The position numbers and the translations under genes were made by a program. DNA of 49,832 bases, from contig JAFYSG010000165.1 of assembly GCA_017559435.1 (NCBI GenBank), positions 1-49,832 on the forward strand. Reading direction: 5' to 3'. Every line of letters begins with the position of its first letter. The first letter of the stretch is position 1. The notes beneath the pieces are model-generated. The model was given only the letters and a program-made list of their open reading frames with translations, did not search any database and was not told where the DNA came from. Of the stretch, positions 47,530 to 49,832 are shown piece after piece. The stretch is from Lachnospiraceae bacterium. Its GTDB lineage: Bacteria > Bacillota > Clostridia > Lachnospirales > Lachnospiraceae.

Positions 47530-48368
47530 AAACGAGAAAATGGCCTTTTATTTATGTGGGTGTGATCACAGTGATCACTTATATTCCAATCATCATGACG
47601 GTAATTTATTCTTTTAATGTTTCCAAGCTGACTTCGGTATGGGAAGGCTTTTCCCTGAAGTGGTATGAGGAACTTTTCAGAGACAGAGACCTTAAGGAAG
47701 CGCTGATGAATAGCCTGATTCTGGCAGCGTTAAGTTGCAGCTGTGCAGTGTTGATCGGAACCACTGGAGCGCTGGGGATGTACCGGGCTAAGAGGCAGAG
47801 TGTGGCCGGCGGTCGGACTGCGGGTACGTTAGGTGTAAAGGCAGGTGGCGGCCGGTTGAACGATGTGATCGCATATGTGGCCATGCTGCCTATTATGATA
47901 CCGGAGATTATTTTGGGAATGGTATTTTTGTCCATATTCTCTCTGATGGGTCTGCCGTTTGGTATGGTGACGCTGGTGATTGCTCATACCACCTTTTGTG
48001 TACCCTATGTCTATTCTATGGTAAAAGCAAGACTTGTGGGTTTGGATAAGTCCCTGGAAGAAGCCGCACTGGATCTGGGCGCTTCACCGGTGCGGGTATT
48101 TTTCGACATCACACTGCCCCAGATCATGCCTGCCATTCTGTCCGGCGTGATGCTGGCCTTTGCCATGTCCTTTGATGACGTGGTGATCAGTATCTTTGTA
48201 ACCGGGCCGAAGGTCAATACACTGCCGGTGAAAATCTATACGAAGCTTAAGACCGGCGTGACACCTGAGATTAATGCGCTGGCTACCGTGATGCTGAGTA
48301 TTACAGTAACACTGATTCTGGCATCGTCAGTGGTGGGGAAGATCAGAGTGCGTAATGTTTACAAATAA
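47526..48368 (+). CDS. potC: Spermidine/putrescine ABC transporter permease
   Basis: YSFN, FSLKWY, EEAALDLGA, SFDD, PEINALAT. Confidence 0.92.
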   Translation: MKTRKWPFIYVGVITVITYIPIIMTVIYSFNVSKLTSVWEGFSLKWYEELFRDRDLKEALMNSLILAALSCSCAVLIGTTGALGMYRAKRQSVAGGRTAGTLGVKAGGGRLNDVIAYVAMLPIMIPEIILGMVFLSIFSLMGLPFGMVTLVIAHTTFCVPYVYSMVKARLVGLDKSLEEAALDLGASPVRVFFDITLPQIMPAILSGVMLAFAMSFDDVVISIFVTGPKVNTLPVKIYTKLKTGVTPEINALATVMLSITVTLILASSVVGKIRVRNVYK

Positions 48369-48471
48369 GGTTAAATAGTGTATAATAGCGCCATGTTAAA
48401 AAGGGAAACCAATGTTAACCGGTATGAACCGATGACATTCTCATAACCAAAGAATAGGAGGACGCAAAGAA

Positions 48472-49569
48472 ATGAAACAAAAAAGGAATCAAAAAATGAA
48501 AAGAATTACGGCTTTTGCAATGAGCCTTCTGCTGGCAGTGAGCCTGCTTGGCGGCTGTGGCAAGGATAGTAATAAGAATAATGGTAACAGTGGATCCAAG
48601 CTTTCCGGCGAGTTGAATCTGTTCACATGGGACGGTATGTTCCCACAGGAAATTTTGGATGGTTTTGAGGCAGAAACCGGTGTGAGGATACGTTATTCCA
48701 ATTTTGACTATGATGAGGACATGCTTGCTAAGCTGGAAGAGGCAGAGGGTGGTGATTATGACCTGATCATTGCGGATGACTATATCATCGAAGTGGCGAT
48801 TCAGGAAGGATTGGTTCAGAAGTTGGATACTTCCAAGCTGACCAATTACGGTAATTTGAACCCGGTATTTATGTCCCAGTTCTACGATCCTAACAATGAA
48901 TATACCGTACCTTATGGCGCAGGAATCCCGTTGCTTCTGTATGATCCGGCACTTACTGATGTAGAGATTACCAGCTATGCCGATCTGTGGAATCCCGCAT
49001 TGGAGGACAATATTGCCCTGACTGCCAATTATCGCGTGATCAATGGTATCGCGTTGAAAATTATGGGAGAATCCTACAATACCCAGAATCTGGATACCAT
49101 TCGTAAAGCCGGTGAGAAGATGATCGAACTGGCCCCCAATGTGCGCGTGATTAATGACAGTAATACACAAGATCTTCTGATCAGCGGTGAAGTGGCAGCA
49201 GCCTTCCTTTATACCTCTCAGGTATCCGCAGCTTTGAATGCCCGCCCTGACTTGAAAGTAGTATATCCCAAGGAGGGACTTGGCTTTGGTGTGATGGCAG
49301 CATTTATTCCTTCTAAGGCACCCAATGCAGAGGCAGCTTATGCGTTTCTGGATTATATAAATCAGCCTGAACATGCGGCAGCATGCTTTGAGCATCTGGG
49401 TTACTATTGTACCAACAAGGCAGCAGAAGAGCTGATCTCTGAGGAAATGCAGTCGCTGGTGGTTCTTCCTGAGGAAGTGACGGAGGGTGAGTGCATCCAG
49501 AATATTTCTCAAGAGGCAGAAGATCTGCATGCAAAGATCTGGAATCAGTTTAAGGATGCTTGTGATTAA
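48472..49569 (+). CDS. potD: Spermidine/putrescine ABC transporter substrate-binding lipoprotein
   Basis: Lipobox LGGC; LNLFTW, FEAETG, YDP.N.YTVPY, YPKEG, AYAFLDY. Confidence 0.88.
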   Translation: MKQKRNQKMKRITAFAMSLLLAVSLLGGCGKDSNKNNGNSGSKLSGELNLFTWDGMFPQEILDGFEAETGVRIRYSNFDYDEDMLAKLEEAEGGDYDLIIADDYIIEVAIQEGLVQKLDTSKLTNYGNLNPVFMSQFYDPNNEYTVPYGAGIPLLLYDPALTDVEITSYADLWNPALEDNIALTANYRVINGIALKIMGESYNTQNLDTIRKAGEKMIELAPNVRVINDSNTQDLLISGEVAAAFLYTSQVSAALNARPDLKVVYPKEGLGFGVMAAFIPSKAPNAEAAYAFLDYINQPEHAAACFEHLGYYCTNKAAEELISEEMQSLVVLPEEVTEGECIQNISQEAEDLHAKIWNQFKDACD

Positions 49570-49618
49570 GCGGAAATTGACTCTGACAATGATTGATAAA
49601 TTGGAGATGAAAACAGAA

Positions 49619-49652
49619 AGGACGCCTTGCATATGTCACTGCGAGGCGTCCT
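49619..49652. terminator. Hairpin after potD
   Basis: aggacgccttgca/tgcgaggcgtcct. Confidence 0.7.
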
Positions 49653-49730
49653 GCTTATTGGTATTGATGCGCCTGACGGCGCATATTATTCCTTTATAGG
49701 AAATTCCTTTTTCAGAGTGGCCATTAACGC

Positions 49731-49753
49731 AAAAAGCCCATCCGAAGATGGGC
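49731..49753 (-). terminator. Minus-strand intrinsic terminator with UUCG loop
   Basis: Minus strand gcccatc-TTCG-gatgggc-ttttt. Confidence 0.75.
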
Positions 49754-49832
49754 AAAGCTTAAAGACGACACGTTTAGAAGATGTAAAAACCTTCTACCCC
49801 AGCCTCGTCAGCAAACAGATCGTCTTCATTTA

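Noticed and set aside
48415-49632. 405-aa minus-strand ORF
   Set aside because: Antisense shadow of potD; no SD or recognisable motif
49785-49815. CTGACGAGG suggesting a hammerhead or glmS ribozyme
   Set aside because: No GAAA core with stem II for a hammerhead; no AGCGCC or TTATCGA elements and no glmS gene

Overview
Chromosomal window from a spore-forming Firmicute, most consistent with Lachnospiraceae (judged from gene content and protein style; not verified by search). Most genes lie on the + strand. Housekeeping genes: htrA (5'-truncated), clpX, HMA protein plus cadA/zntA-type ATPase, a Csp-type S8 protein, minCDE, an S1-domain protein, aroA, cysK-rrf2, a tocopherol-cyclase-like protein, a GH2 hydrolase, an ABC-F ATPase, yegP, an amino-acid ABC transporter, hisC, hslO, nadE, dapF, a small alarmone synthetase, a ccdA-tlpA fusion and potABCD. 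The main accessory system is a 10-gene, ~10.6 kb Tad/Flp-like pilus operon (about 22640-33490). It has atypical prepilin motifs and no TadZ/CpaE. It also has a ~200-nt structured leader, an ACG codon at the SD-defined ATPase start, a Cys/His-rich lipoprotein, and a ~1460-aa adhesin whose ALK/LTK-like glycine-rich domain is split by an inserted domain. Other notable items: two related multibranch palindromic intergenic elements (one at the centre of a local inversion of strand skew), a circularly permuted amino-acid binding protein, a probable Csp pseudoprotease, an unannotated 36-aa membrane peptide, and a compact divergent-promoter HTH switch. No tRNA, rRNA, CRISPR array, transposase or integrase was seen. 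All product calls come from motif recognition, not database searches.
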